Shown in pieces: positions 25,271-38,580 of a DNA stretch of 64,000 nucleotides (its first letter is position 1; each line of letters begins with the position of its first letter). The notes under the pieces were generated by a model. That model was not told the DNA's origin, ran no database searches, and saw nothing but the letters and a program-made list of their open reading frames with translations. Origin of the DNA: Callorhinchus milii. Taxonomy: Eukaryota. The DNA lies in NCBI RefSeq assembly GCF_018977255.1, contig NW_024704743.1:11658001-11722000 (forward strand), read 5' to 3'. The translations under genes and the position numbers were made by a program.

Positions 25271-26400
25271 CCCTCAATCTTTCCACTTCACCCCACTTTA
25301 TCTTTAAATCTCACTTAAAAATTTGCCTCTTCAACATTCCTATGCTCACATTTCCCTTCTTACTTGCTCAGTGTCGAACCCCACCACTCTGCAGCACTCC
25401 AAGATGCTATGCTGCATGAAGGACATTATATAAATTGTATTATTAAGGAAGAAACGCTGCAAGCTTTATCTTATCTCAACAGAACATAATATAGAAAGGT
25501 AACCATTTGTACCCATAGTCAATGCTTTACATCAGCCAATACAATTTATGTAAAGCTATGTAAATATTTGTCTTGTGAGATGGATTACTGTGGAAAGACT
25601 GCAACCGAAGGGACTGGGTGGACCTATCCTGCTAAACTCGGCTTCAATCCAGTACAAACAGATGATGAAATTGAGACTTTTGAGAATGTTTGAGACGGGT
25701 GTTAGAGTGTGCACTTTGCAAAGAGCCTTTCACGTCTCAAAGCGCTAAACAAAAATGGAGTGGGAGTCCAAGCAGGATATAAATTAATAATAATATTTCT
25801 ATTTGATGCACCTTTTCAAGTTGTTTCAAAATACTTCGGGATATACCAATAATAATAATAATTCTTGCATTTGATACAGCGCCTTATAACGATGTTGAAA
25901 GTTTCAATGTTCTTCACAAGATACATTGTAAGCTGTAATGACTGTGTATTTTGTGGGCGAACACAGTGGTTTTGCACTCAAAGCAGTAAATTTAAGATCT
26001 CTGTAGACCCCTCAGCACAATCTGGTACTGTACAATTTGCCTATGCTGTACAGCACATTCTGCTGGCATCATTCTGTTTCATTGGGGAACAGTACACTAA
26101 GCATTATCGGCTGCCAGGAATGGCAGGTCAGGTGCCTCTGACACATTCCCTTCATGTGTGACCATCCTAGGAGTTTGTCATTGTCAACTGGTGCATTTAA
26201 CATTCTTATACCTAAATCTGAAAAACACTGTAAACAGATGGAGCCATTATAAGCAGCCTTCGCACATGCTCCGAATGTGTAGTTTTTTTTGGTCAGCCAG
26301 ATGTCTGACACATGCAGAAACCTATCATGATACTTAAGAATATCCAAACCAGCTGAGAATTCCAGAAAACGTAACTCAAAACCTTGTTGTTTGATTTCAG

Positions 26401-27017
26401 TTAAAAGTAAACCAGCAAGTGGAGCCTTCCTGGACCTGCAAATCAAGACCGTGACCGTCAATTGCACAGTAAGGAAACAAAAGGCCTTTGTGGAGCAACT
26501 TCCAGTGAAGAGAGTCACACTCGAACTCCCAAAGAAGGATTATATGCAGGACAATTACACACCCTGGCGCACACACCTGGATCTTCACCGTGTGGTGCAA
26601 GCTCAGGATTGTAAGTGTCACAAGTTCCAAAGCAATGGTAAAGTAAAAGAAGCAAAGGAAAACAATGTAAATAGTAAGATTGGTCTTACAGGCGGTAACT
26701 TCCCACCAGACCAAAAAGTTTTTCCAGGCTCGCTTGACCATACAATACCAAATGGTGAAGCGACTGCGTACATGACCTTCAGGCCAGATGAATTGGAGAA
26801 GTCAAACCATTCTTTCAACAAGCATAACCATTGCGTACCCAAAATCAACAAGAGATATTCGTTGCCGAGCGAGAGGTCACACATATTGGCAAGTAAAGAT
26901 GGACTGGTTACCAGAGCACCATCTAGCCTTAGACTGGATTATTACCCATTCCCTCAACTGAAACCTCCCAGGAAATCTGATGCCGCCAAGAGCCTCGGTT
27001 TATATGCTCAGCATTAA
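26401..27017 (+). CDS. C9orf152: C9orf152-like uncharacterised protein, coding exon 2 (last)
   Basis: Acceptor TTGATTTCAG, phase 1, joins exon 1 in frame. Motifs PWRTHLDLHRVVQ and YYPFPQLKPPRKSDAAKSLGLY match recalled PWHTHLEMHCLVQ and YYPFPQRKTPRISQAARNLGLY. Stop TAA at 27015-27017. Confidence 0.88.
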
Positions 27018-27036
27018 ATCATTTTCACAAAAGTAG

Positions 27037-27042
27037 AATAAA
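27037..27042 (+). terminator. Candidate polyadenylation signal of the C9orf152-like gene
   Basis: AATAAA ~20 nt after the stop codon. Confidence 0.4.
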
Positions 27043-27917
27043 ACCCACAGAAACAAATTGTTCCTGTTTAGACACGTGTTTAGAAATGAAGTTCTTATTT
27101 TCCGGTTCCTTTGATTTCAAACTTTGTGTACTGTTGGAACAATGTTATTACTTGAAAACAATACCATCTTATGATTTATACAGCACCCATCACACAGGAT
27201 AATCTCGGAACACTGCACAGTGGCGGGGCTGAGCGAGGGCAGGGGGAACAGAGATGACGGTCCACAGAAGCAATGGACAGAACTCTTTAATAATCCTGGT
27301 TTGGGAAGTGTGGGTTTTTCAGCTCAACAATGAAATTGAATTTTAAATTAAAATTTTAAATTTAATTGACTTTTTAATTTAAAATTGTCTGCCGGTTTCT
27401 GTGCACCAAATATATAGTCAATTCACTTTACATTATGTTCTGTGAAGCACTTTGAGACAGTTCTGCAGCGTTAAATATTATTTAATAAAATAATCCTTGC
27501 ATTTGATATAAAGTACTATATCAAATGTTAGGATTATTTTATTATTATTAAAGTGAATGAATGGACAGATGAAGCAGGTTTCTGATCTACCTTGGGAAAG
27601 GTAGGATGGCAAGAAGTCCACTCCTCAGATCGTGCAAGGTTACAAAACAATCAGATAGTGATTTAACCTGAGCTGCTGTTAGGAGTAGAAGTTTGGTTTA
27701 ATGCACAGAACAGGATCTCCAACCAGTCTTGTCATGTATTGAGTTTCACAGTCAGTGCTTTCAATGGTAAGCAATCCGGCTTTAGCTGGTTAAACTCCAG
27801 CATTTAAACCTCCTTTGCATACTCTGTCCCCAAGTCTTGGCTCTTACCAGCCTGATATTCTCCAGAATTAGGTAAGCAGGTTGAGTCCCTTCAGGGAGTG
27901 AGGGTGTGCATTCTATT

Positions 27918-28370
27918 CCGAAACCTTGGGCAAGTTTCCTTACTCCACACGCCTAATAATAATCCCTCCAAAACCAATCCCTCTGGCTCCGGTCTCCTCT
28001 ACATCCCCCGCCCCAACCGCCCTACCATCGGTGGCCGGGCCTTCAGCCCGAGGCTCTGGAACTCCATCCCCCAGTGCCTTCGCCGCCTCCTCCCTTTCCT
28101 CCTTCAAGGCCGGTCTCAAGACCTTTCTCTTTGACCGAGCCTTCAGCTCCCCTCTCAACTCTCTACCCCCTCCTCGCTCCCTCCCTTCCCTCCCCTCACC
28201 CTGACCATTTCCCCCCTCCTCGCTCCCTCCCTTCCCTCCCCCTGACCATTTCCCCCAAAGCTCGGGTACAGCGCCTTGGGACGTCCTCCCGAAGTGAAAG
28301 GCGCTCTATAGATGGAATAATATATAATAATATAAATAATAATCCCTCCAAAAAAACAAAACAATCATTC
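27918..28370 (+). mobile_element. SINE fragment with an inserted short L2 3' end
   Basis: SINE body to ~27977, L2 3' end ~27978-28320, then SINE sequence resumes. Confidence 0.8.
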
Positions 28371-29254
28371 CACATCTAATTAGGGTCATTTGTTAAGGTG
28401 ACTTCCTTATAAGTAAGAAAATTCTGCATGTAGACAATCTGAGGTGACTGTGACATCTTTGCATACTTTATTCTTTGGGAAAGTTCACTCTTTTTTCCTG
28501 CGTTCCTGATTGTATGCTGCCTGTCTTCAGCAAAGACAGGAAGGTAATCCAAGTCAGTGACACATTAATGTTGTGCATCACCCAATGGGAACCCCACTTT
28601 ACCTCCTGCCTGAGAGGGAGCAGGCTGGCACTGAAGTATTTTACACAATATTATCGTCGAAAGTCAGAAATACCTACTCGCTTTGTAGCCAAATCAACCC
28701 TGCAGCTTCCCATCATCCGCTTACCTTGCCAGCATCAACGTCTGACCTCCGCTGAATGCTATTGAAACCTACTCAATCAGGACTAAGCACAGTGCAGTAA
28801 AGGACAGTGTGAGAGGCTGCATTTTCCACTCCGACGCTTGGCTCTTAGCTCCTAGCTGTGGGATAGGCATTTGGAAGGTCCAACTGTCTTCACCCAGATG
28901 AAAGGGTGCAACGAATGCTGTTAGTAGTTTTATGCTCAATGCCAAATGGTCAGTGAGGTAACTCGTTAGCCATACACAACAACTTGCACTTTTCACACAG
29001 GGTAGTGTCCCAGAGGGCTTGAACAGCATACACCAGCAATGCAAATTCCAATTATAGAATTTGATATTAGATGTATAGATATATATTGGAGACCTAGTAC
29101 TTGTTAGGCAGAATATAAAATCAATAAAATACAAATTTATTTTACATAGCGCCTTTCATATCAGGAGGATGTCTCAATGTGGTGAAATTACACAAGACCT
29201 GGAGACATTATTAAGCAGTGTGCTCTTGGTGCTTGGAAGCACATCTCACAATAG

Positions 29255-29590
29255 TGTATTGGTCAGAGTACTCACCTTGCAAATGAGAGGACCTGGGTTC
29301 CATCCCAGGCAGGATGAAACCTTTGACAAGTTTCCTTACACCACATGCCTCTGCAACCCTAGCAGTAAGTAAGAACCTGCTTTAGTCGATTGACGAATCA
29401 CTTTCTGGGGGTAATAATCCCTTCAAAAAAAAAAATTTGGTCTCTCAATCCATGACTGTTTGTGGGACACTGCTGTGTGCAATTGGCTGCCACATTTTAC
29501 CCACAAAATATACAGTCAATTCACTTTACAGTATATTCTGTGAAGTGCTTTGAGACGTCTCAAAAGCGCTATATCAAATGGAAGGTTTAA
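29255..29590 (+). mobile_element. tRNA-derived CORE SINE, long subfamily
   Basis: Head remnant, GCCTCTG..CCTAGCAGTAAGTA second CORE half, shared 3' body and tail. Confidence 0.8.
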
Positions 29591-30549
29591 TTATGTGTGA
29601 TGGACGATCCATTGGCTGGGGATTCTGGAAGGGCAGGTCAAATGAACCTTCTTCATCGGAACCACTCTTGTGATCTGTATTTCTATTTTATGAAGAAAAA
29701 TTAAAGGACTGGAAAAAATTAATGCAATCTTACAGTGCAATATATTAATATGGAACAACATAGTTTTTCCACAGAATGCAACAACAAATTATAATTGTAC
29801 AGTGCCTTTCACAGCGGGAGGATGTCCCAAAACACAGGACAGTCAGGGATTTGGACCTGAGCTGGGGGTTGGGATCAGGAGAGGGCAGGGAGGGTGGGTA
29901 TAGGAGGATAACCGAAGATATGGTTGTAGCTATGTTTGGGAGGTGTGGGTCACCCCACCACTACAACAGTTGGGGAGGCGGTGGGTGGAAAGCATAGCCG
30001 GGGGAAGGGTTTTGTTGAGGGGGATAGGGTCATCGGGGGACTGCCGTATTTTTGTGAGCCCTAGGATGTGAAATGCTCATCCAGGATGTGGTCATGGATG
30101 GTGAGGGCATTGTTTGAGTGCGAGCAGATGTTTTGGTGGCTGATGTGGGTAGGGGTGCTGATAGGAGATGGTGGAGGGGATTGGGGGGTTGCAGATTGTG
30201 GGAGCAAAACAACCATGGGGTTTGAGTTGGGAGGAGAGTTGGGAAGGGTGTGGATGAGGGAAGGGGCCTTCTGGAGGCTGCTGTTGTTCATTTGATGATA
30301 CTGTTAATACGAGGTAAGAATACTGCGCTAAGGACATGCAGCACCACCTGCTGCTATCACTGCAGATTGCAACTCTCTATATTTTACTGAGAAGTCAACT
30401 CTGGTTTAACTTATCACTAGCACTTAAACCAGAGTGGTCCAACCTTTTGGCTGCTGAGGGTCTGTTGCTTTATTTGAGAAATGTCCGTGAGCTGCATAAG
30501 CAACATTTATGGATTACTGGGAAGACATCACTGCCCCCAATTCCTCACT

Positions 30550-33010
30550 GAGCCTCACCAGACCAGCGGGCTAACCATGGCTCGCTGAACACTCCTGTCC
30601 GCTCCGAGTCTCATCGTGCGCACATTAGTTACCACAATTAACCCAAGCTGCTTCCCCAAGATGTTCCCGACCCCATCCCCTTCCCTCTACTACCCCCGCT
30701 CAACCCTCCTCTCCCTCCGCCTGTCCTGACTCCTATCCCTCCTTGACTCCCCCACGGCCTCCCTCTGCTCCTCCCTTCACATTCTCCGTCGTGCCCACCG
30801 TGGTAGACGCCATCGGCTGTCCAACAGCACCCATCCTGACTGCCCCTTCACCCACTCTTGCTGCAAGGCCCACCAGCCCTCACCCACAGGAACCAACCTT
30901 TCCTCCCTCACCCACATCCCCATCCAACCCATCTGTCCACCCCCTCCCCCCCACCTCATCTCCCCCACACTCCCACCAGTAACTGTCCCCTCTGCCATCG
31001 GTCTGCAGAATATCCGATCACTAACTAACAAGTCCCTTACAAACCATGACCTCACCATCCAGGAAAACATTGACATCCTCACCCTCAATGAAACCTGGGT
31101 CACCCCAGGCGACACCTTCCCACGAGTCGAGGCCACACCTCCAGGTTACACCTTTCACCAAACCCCACGGCCAATCGCCATGGCAGTGGTGTGGCTCTCA
31201 TCTCCCGGTCCCCCCTCAGCCTTTCCCCTTATTCCTCCGGACCTTCCCCTCTTTTGAGCACCTTACCCTCTACCACCCCTCCAGGCTTTCCCTCAAAAAA
31301 CATCCTTGTTTACTGCCCCCCCAACCTTCCCCCACCTTCCTCTCGGACATCTCCACCCTCCTATCTTCCTTCTCCCTCTGCTCTGAACACCTCCTAATCT
31401 TAGGTGACTTCAACCTCCACTTCCCCCCCTCCTGCTCTGTCTCTGCCGACTCCTGTCTTCCCTTAACCTCTCCCTCCTCATCCACTCCCCCATGACCATG
31501 GCTACCCTCTTGACCTGGTGATCACACGGGGCCTCACCGTCTCGGACATCACCATCATCGACAAAGTTACCTCGGACGACCACTTCATCATCCTCAACAC
31601 CTCCGTACCCCTTCCCCTTTCTCAACCCTCTACCATCACATACCGTCCGTGGAAAAAATTTCCTCCCTCTCCACTGCCCTGGAATCATCTGAACACCTAC
31701 ACCTCTGGCCCTCCCTGACCGATCTCCCCTCCTCACTCTCTTCTCCACAACTCCCTCTCCTCCATTCTGGACTCCATTTTCCCCTTCACCTCCCGAACTG
31801 CCTCATACTCCCATAAGTCCCCCTGGTACACCAGCCATCTCCGTTCCCTCAAGGCACAAGTGTGAGCTGCTGAACGCGCCTGGACCAAATCCAAACTAAC
31901 GGTCCATCGGCAGATCTAGCTTCACCACTACCGCTGCGCTCTTGCCTCCGCCAAATCCTCCTTCTACTCCAAGGTTATCTTGGAGGCAAAGGACAACCCC
32001 CGGCTTCTCTTTTCCAGGTGACATCATCCGCAGATATGGGGTCAACTTCCATATGTATGTGGATGATGCCCAACTCTATCTTTCTGCCTCCACCCTCAAC
32101 TCCAGGACCACTGCTGTCCTGACAGACTGCCTGTCGGACATCAAGTCCTGGATGAGGGCAAATTTCCTACAGTTGAATGCGAACAAGACTAAGGCCCTCC
32201 TGATTGGCTTGCGCCAGCGTCTCTGCACCTCAGGCTCTGGCAGTATCAACCTCCATGGTTGCACACTCAACTCACCAAGCCATCAGGAACCTGGGTGTCT
32301 TGTTCGACCCTCAACTGTCTTTTCTTCCCCACATCCAAGCCATGACCCGCTCTGCCTTCTCTCACCTCCGTAACATCGCCCGACTCTGCCACTACCTCAG
32401 CCCTCAGGCCGCTGAAACTCTTGTTCATGCCTTCATCACCTCCAGGCTCGACTATGCAAATGCCGTTTGTCAGCCTTCCCAACTCCGCAGATAATCCAGA
32501 ACTCTGCAGCCCGTGTCCTATCTTGCACCAAACTCCATGACCCCATTTCCCCCATTGTTGTCCGATTCCATTGGCTCCCTATCCTTCAGAGGATCCAGTT
32601 CAAGATCCTGGTCCTCACCTACAAAGCCTTCCATGGCCTCACCCCACCTTACCTCTGCGACCTCCTAACCCCCTACCAACCCTCCCTCTCCCTCCACTCA
32701 GCTGGCTCCAACCTGCTCCATGTCCCACGACCCACCCGCCCCACCATTGGCAGGAAAACCTTCAACCATTCTGCCCCCAACCTCTGGAATTCCATCCCCC
32801 AATCACTCCGCCTCGCCCCCTCCTTAGCCTCATTCAAGTCCCGCCTTAAAACTCTCCTCTTTGATCATGCCACTGGTCACCCCCCCCTTCCCCTCCCTTC
32901 TCCCCCACCTGACCCCAGCTCGGGTCTGAAATGCTGTACACCGTCCAGCGCCTTGGGACGTCCTCCTGACGTGAAAGGCGCTATACAAAAGAAATCTTGT
33001 TGTTGTTGTT
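30550..33010 (+). mobile_element. Degenerate L2 LINE with an internal deletion of the RT N-terminal half
   Basis: EN region IGLQNIRSL..ETW..LGDFNLH; jumps from NPRLLFS directly to GDIIRRYGVNFHMYVDD at ~32015; (TTG)n tail. Confidence 0.9.
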
Positions 33011-33454
33011 CTTATGGAGGGGCTGGATGGGCCAGATGAAATGGAGTTGGGGTGGGGGGAACTTAAGTGTATGCTGCCAAAATCCCAGCCGCATTTATTT
33101 ATGTATTTATTCATATGCCTAACTCGCCACTCCTGATAACTCGTCAGATAACTTGAGTTATCGGTTTACTGTAGTAAAATATAGAAAATATTTCATCAGA
33201 TCATTTTTACTTCTAGAATATTTGGTAGTAGCAGGTGGCTTTTGTGAGCGTCACTCAGCATTTGAATGTCTCTGCAGACACCAGCAATCACTGCCGACCT
33301 TCTAATTATTCATCACTGCAAATAATAAAGTAGAAAAATAACAACCCTTACATTTGTTGTGGAGTCTTTCACATCAGGACATCTCAAAATGCTTTACAAG
33401 ATATACTGAATAGTAGGGGTGGAGGCTCATTGGAATATAAACACCAGCACAAGC

Positions 33455-33866
33455 TTTCTTCTTTGGTCAGCTGGGTGTCTGACACATGCGGAAACCCATC
33501 ACCATGTTTAACAGTTTCCAAACCAAACTGAGAAGTCCATGCATTCCACCTGCACATGGAAATCCCAGAGATAGATTGTTGGAATGGAATGCACACTCTC
33601 TTCCTGGAGGGGAATATCCTGCTAACCTAATTCTGGAAAGTATTAGGTGCAGGTTGCTAAGAGCCAAGTCTTGGGGACCCCAGAGTGCGCATTGGGAGTA
33701 CTGCTGGAGTCTAACTAGCTAAAACCACATGGCTAGCCATTTATATTGCTGTCTGACAAGTTTTTCCACTACTTGTCCAGCTTGGACCACCCTACCTGTT
33801 AGGGCTTTGGCTTGCTCGGTTAACAGGAGCTGAGTGGGATGATTCCCTGCCTGCAGTGACTGGTCC
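33455..33866 (-). mobile_element. 3'UTR copy of the RTE-X-like family
   Basis: Collinear with 59365-59742 plus 63201-63310. Confidence 0.65.
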
Positions 33867-35420
33867 GAGCACAGACAAGTTGGCCCAAATGGCCTGTTTC
33901 CGTGCTGTAATGTTATGTAAGCTATACAACGGCAAATGTTCAAAGCTTACCTGCAACAGGGCTGTGAAGCAAGGAATTGTTAAATGCTTAAATGAACACA
34001 GCATTGAAACCTTGTTTGCACTCCTGAATCAAATTATTTTTCGTTTTAATCTCACCTCCAGTAAATTATCAACTAAATTAATTTCAAAAGATGTCCATTG
34101 GAGGGGAGTTGGGGTGGGTGGGGGAGGTAACAAAGCAACTTGATTGCTTATCTGCAATAAGTGAAAACAAATACATCCTGCTTTAGAGAAATCAAATGAA
34201 TGCGTACATCGCCCTAGTGTTCTTGTAAACAGTTGAAGTACACTGTAAGGGAATAAAGAACCTTTAAATTTTGAAGAATGAAAGGAAGATGTCTTGTGAA
34301 GTACAATGTTGTACCTGACAGCTTCGCTAATTTGGCTTTCCATGTGCTTTCCAAAACAGTGTCCATTATCAATATTCAATTCTTCTTCAAAAAAACTTTC
34401 TATCTTCTTAATAATAACCTTTGCATTTGATATAGTGCCTCAACGTATTACCCGACAGCTGTGCCAATTTAGCTTTCCATCTGATCCCAATACAGCATCC
34501 AGCAGGTTTTAATTATTCTTCAAAAATTCTATCTTATTATTAATGATAATAAATAACCCTTGCAGTTGACAGCATCTCATCACCTTGTAGTGACGTCTCA
34601 AAGCATATCACAGGATATACTGTGATGTGTAGTGACTGTGTAATCTGTGTAAAAAGTGACATTGAATGTTTGCATAGCGATGTCCTTGCCACAAAGTGAA
34701 TGATTGATTTGATTTGTGAGGATATTTGGCCATCGCTCGACTGGCACCGGCCTTCTGCTCGTCCCTCGCACGCTCCGCCACACCATCGGAGTTCATGCTT
34801 TCAGCCACTGCGCCCAAAACTCTGGAACACTCTCCCTCAATCCCTCCGCCTTACCTCTTCTCTCCCCTCTTTTAAGTCCTGCCTGAAAACTTTCCTATAC
34901 AACCGTGCTTATGGCCACCTCACCCCTCCCCCTGCCTCTGAGTCAGGCTCTGCCACTGTTAAGTGTTCTAAGACGCTACCGTGTGGAGAGCGCTATATAA
35001 GTGCAAGTTGTCGTTGTTGAAGGTACTGTATGAAGGAGTTCCAAAGGGTGGGGCAGAGAGGCTGAGGGTGGGGTGGCCCCAGGGGTGCCATGTGGAGCAG
35101 ACCTGCTGAGCGGAGGGGCAGACAAGTTGATATGGGGTTAGCAGGTCATAGAGGAAGGAAGAAGGCCATGGAGGGCTTTGAAGGCGTGGACCAGGCAGGT
35201 GGGGCAGGACCACAAGACAGTCTCCGCCCCAAACAACCCCTCAGGAAACCTGATCAGCTCCTGACTGACAGAGAGACACTCACACACACACAACACCCAA
35301 TCTTTAATGTCCACCTAAAGAGGCAGATGGGACCTCGGTTTGATACCTCATAAAAAGGGCAATCAATTTTGACAATGCAGCTAAGATTATACGAGTTCAA
35401 AGTCCTGATATGGGGCATAA

Positions 35421-35445
35421 NNNNNNNNNNNNNNNNNNNNNNNNN
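35421..35445. other. Assembly gap (25 N)
   Basis: Run of N. Confidence 1.
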
Positions 35446-36242
35446 GTGTCAGTGTGGGTGTGTGTCAGTGTGGGTGTGTGTCTCAGTGTGAGTGTCAGTG
35501 TGGGTGTGTGTCTCAGTGTGGGTGTGTGTCTCAGTGTGGGTGTGTGTCTCAGTGTGAGTGTGGGTGTGTGTCTCAGTGTGAGTGTCAGTGTCGGTGTGTG
35601 TCTCAGTGTGAGTGTCAGTGTGGGTGTGTGTCTCAGTGTCGGTGTGTGTCTCAGTGTGTGTCTCAGTGTGAGTGTCAGTGTGGGTGTGTGTCTCAGTGTG
35701 AGTGTCAGTGTGGGTGTGTGTCTCAGTGTCGGTGTGTGTCTCAGTGTGGGTGTGTGTCTCAGTGTGAGTGTCAGTGTGGGTGTGTGTCTCAGTGTCAGTG
35801 TGGGTGTGTGTCTCAGTGTGAGTGTCAGTGTCGGTGTGTGTCTCAGTGTGAGTGTCAGTGTGGGTGTGTGTCTCAGTGTCGGTGTGTGTCTCAGTTGTGT
35901 GTCTCAGTGTGAGTGTCAGTGTGGGTGTGTGTCTCAGTGTGAGTGTCAGTGTGGGTGTGTGTCTCAGTGTGGGTGTGTGTCTCAGTGTCGGTGTGTGTCT
36001 CAGTGTGAGTGTCAGTGTCGGTGTGTGTCTCAGTGTCAGTGTCGGTGTGTGTCTCAGTGTCAGTGTCGGTGTGTGTCTCAGTGTCAGTGTCAGTGTCGGT
36101 GTGGGTGTGTGTCTCAGTGTCGGTGTGTGTCTCAGTGTGAGTGTCAGTGTGGGTGTGTGTCTCAGTGTCGGTGTGTGTCTCAGTGTGAGTGTCAGTGTCA
36201 GTGTGGGTGTGTGTCTCAGTGTCGGTGTGTGTCTCAGTGTGG
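35446..36242. repeat. GT-rich minisatellite with 6/12/18-nt modules
   Basis: Tandem GGTGTGTGTCTCAGTGT(G/C), AGTGTCAGTGT(G/C) and CAGTGT units. Confidence 0.95.
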
Positions 36243-36498
36243 TGAGTGCCCAATGCACTATTTGAAAAGAGAAGGGAGTTTCTCCCAATGTTCTGGTCAA
36301 CAAACCCCAGATAAAATTGGTCATTCACTTGATAGCTGTTTACGGGATATTGCTATGCTCCTATTGGCTGCGGTGTTTGCCTGCAAATATACAGTCAATT
36401 CACTTTACTGTAAATTCTGTGAAGCGCTTTGAGATGTCTAGAAACTTGAAAAGCGCTATATCAAATGCATTATTATTATTATTTACACTTGCTCTTTA

Positions 36499-36870
36499 GA
36501 TAATAATAATCCTTGCATTTGATAAAGCACCTTATTACATTTTCTAGACATCTCAAAGAGCTTCACAGAATATACTGTCAAGTGAATTGATTGTATATTT
36601 TCTGGGCAAAACGTGGCAGCCAATTGCACACAGCAGTGTCCCACAAACAGTCGTAGATTGAAGTGACCAATTTATTATTATTTTTATTGAAAGAATTATT
36701 ATCCCTGGAAAAGCGATTTGCCAATCAACTAACAACCAGGTTCCTAGTTACTGCTAGGTAGAGGCGTGTGGAGTAAAGAAACTTGCACAAAATGTTGCCC
36801 TGCTGGGAATCAAACTCAGGTCTCTTGCTTGCGAGGCGAGCGCTCTAACTACTGAGCTATCGGACTCCAC
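36499..36870 (-). mobile_element. Full-length tRNA-derived CORE SINE, long subfamily
   Basis: Reverse-complement head ending GGACTCCAC at ~36870; contains the full CORE-like segment. Confidence 0.88.
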
Positions 36871-37401
36871 AATGCGGGAGTAATGGAGGATAGGAGAGTT
36901 ACGAGTTAGAGGATGATTAATGCAACTAGTGTAAAGAAATCTTAAGTGGTTTCAATAGGAAACTGAATTGGACTTGGGTGGATGTGAAAGGCGTTATATT
37001 AAATGTGTTGTTGACACCTTGATTCAAATTCTGAACCAAGGTGTCAATCAAGATTTCTGAAATGGTTCAATTTCTGAATAGACAATTTCTGAATAGTATA
37101 CAATAAATTTTATAATAATAATACAGTACATTCTGATGTGAAANTTTTTTCATAATATTTTTCATATATGATTTTCTATATTATTACTTGTAAATCTACT
37201 GTTAAGCTGCATCTCCATTCTGACCTTATACAAATGCTGAAGTACTTTTTAGCCTAACTTTGCATCGTTTTGAACAGTTGGAAAACTCTGCTCCTCCCCA
37301 CCACTTTAAAAAAGTGCCTCTGGTAATGGGTACATTTTGTTTTGCTGATGAGAGTTGCTGTAGAATTGATTTTTAAATTTAATTTTTTTTGCTTCAGGAA
37401 A

Positions 37402-37527
37402 ATGACTACTGAAGGACCACCAGAAAATGTAGTTCAAGACCAAGTTAGGTCACTTTTGGCAGATGGAAATGTTAAACTGTGGGAGCCTCCGTACACAACC
37501 AACAATCAAGCCGGAGCAGACCTGAAA
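37402..37527 (+). CDS. NUB1: NUB1-like (negative regulator of ubiquitin-like proteins 1), first coding exon
   Basis: Acceptor TTTGCTTCAG ending 37397, ATG at 37402; MTTEGPPENVVQDQVRSLLADGNVKLWEPPYTTNNQAGADLK vs recalled human IQLWKPPYTDENKKVGLALK; donor GTAAGT, phase 0. Confidence 0.85.
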
Positions 37528-37945
37528 GTAAGTGCCTTAGAGATAGCGACAAAGGGATTTATTGTCCAAATCCTAAACATGAAAGGCATTATACAAATGG
37601 AATTTGTTGTTGTAAGTGCTCTGGGATGCGACCCTGCATGAGGGGCACTATATAAATGCAAGTTGTTGGTTGTTAATAGAGAACTTAGGAGGAATTTCTT
37701 TGCATGGAGGATATTGAGAATGTAGAACTCGCTGCCCAAAGCAATGGTTGAAGCAGATAGTTTAGATACATTCAAGAGGAAGCTAGACTTTCACTGGAGA
37801 GGGAGAAGAGAACAGATAGGCCTGAGAAGAAGGAGTGGGTGGAGACTTGTGGAGCACCGGCACAGACTAGTTGACCCAATGGCCTTTTCCGTGTAAACTC
37901 TGGTGTATTTGACTTTACTCTTGAACTACTAATGTGGGATTCTTC

Positions 37946-38580
37946 ATAGAATCATACAGCACAAAAAAAGGCCATTCGGCCCATCGAGTCCGTGCCGGCT
38001 CTTTAAAAAGAGCAATGAAATGTAAATCCCACTCCCCAGCCCTTTCCCCATAACCCTGCAAACCCGTCCTCCTCAAATACCCATCCACCGCGTTTTTAAA
38101 AGTAGTTACCGAATCGGCCTACGACCACCCTTTCAGGCAATGCGTTCCAGATTTGAACAACACGCTGCATGAAAACATTTCTTCTCACCTCCCCTTTGCT
38201 TCTTTTAGATACTATTTTAAATCTGTGACCTCGAGTCACCGACACACCCACCAGTGGAAACAGTTTTTCCCTTTCTAACCTATCAAATCCCCATATGATT
38301 TTGAAGACCTCTATTAGGTCTCCTCGTAACCTTCTCTGCTCCAATGAGAATAATCCCAGCCTCTCGTGCCTTTCCTCATAATCAAGGTCCCTCATTCCTG
38401 GTACCATCCTCGTAAATCTCCTCTGCATCCTTTCCAAGGATTCATTTACCTGCCCCCCCAGGTCTCTCTGTTCCTTCACCCCCCCTTATATTGCCTCCCA
38501 TCATTCTTTCTACCAAAATGCGTTACATCGCATTTCTCCACATTGAAATTCATTTGCCACATGTCTGCCGATTGTACCAT
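37946..38580 (-). mobile_element. CR1 3' fragment with internal deletion
   Basis: Near-identical to 8496-9330 but lacking the ~8980-9165 equivalent. Confidence 0.88.

Noticed and set aside
33120..33175. Tigger/pogo-like terminus GAGTTATCGGTTTACTG|TA (similar remnants near 58300-58490)
   Set aside because: Too short and degenerate, with no matching opposite end found.
35446..36242. CRISPR-like array
   Set aside because: No unique spacers and no cas genes; the context is eukaryotic.
35410..36432. Long Cys-rich or His/Thr-rich ORFs resembling metallothionein or keratin-associated proteins
   Set aside because: They are translations of the minisatellite, open in several frames on both strands, and one spans the N gap.
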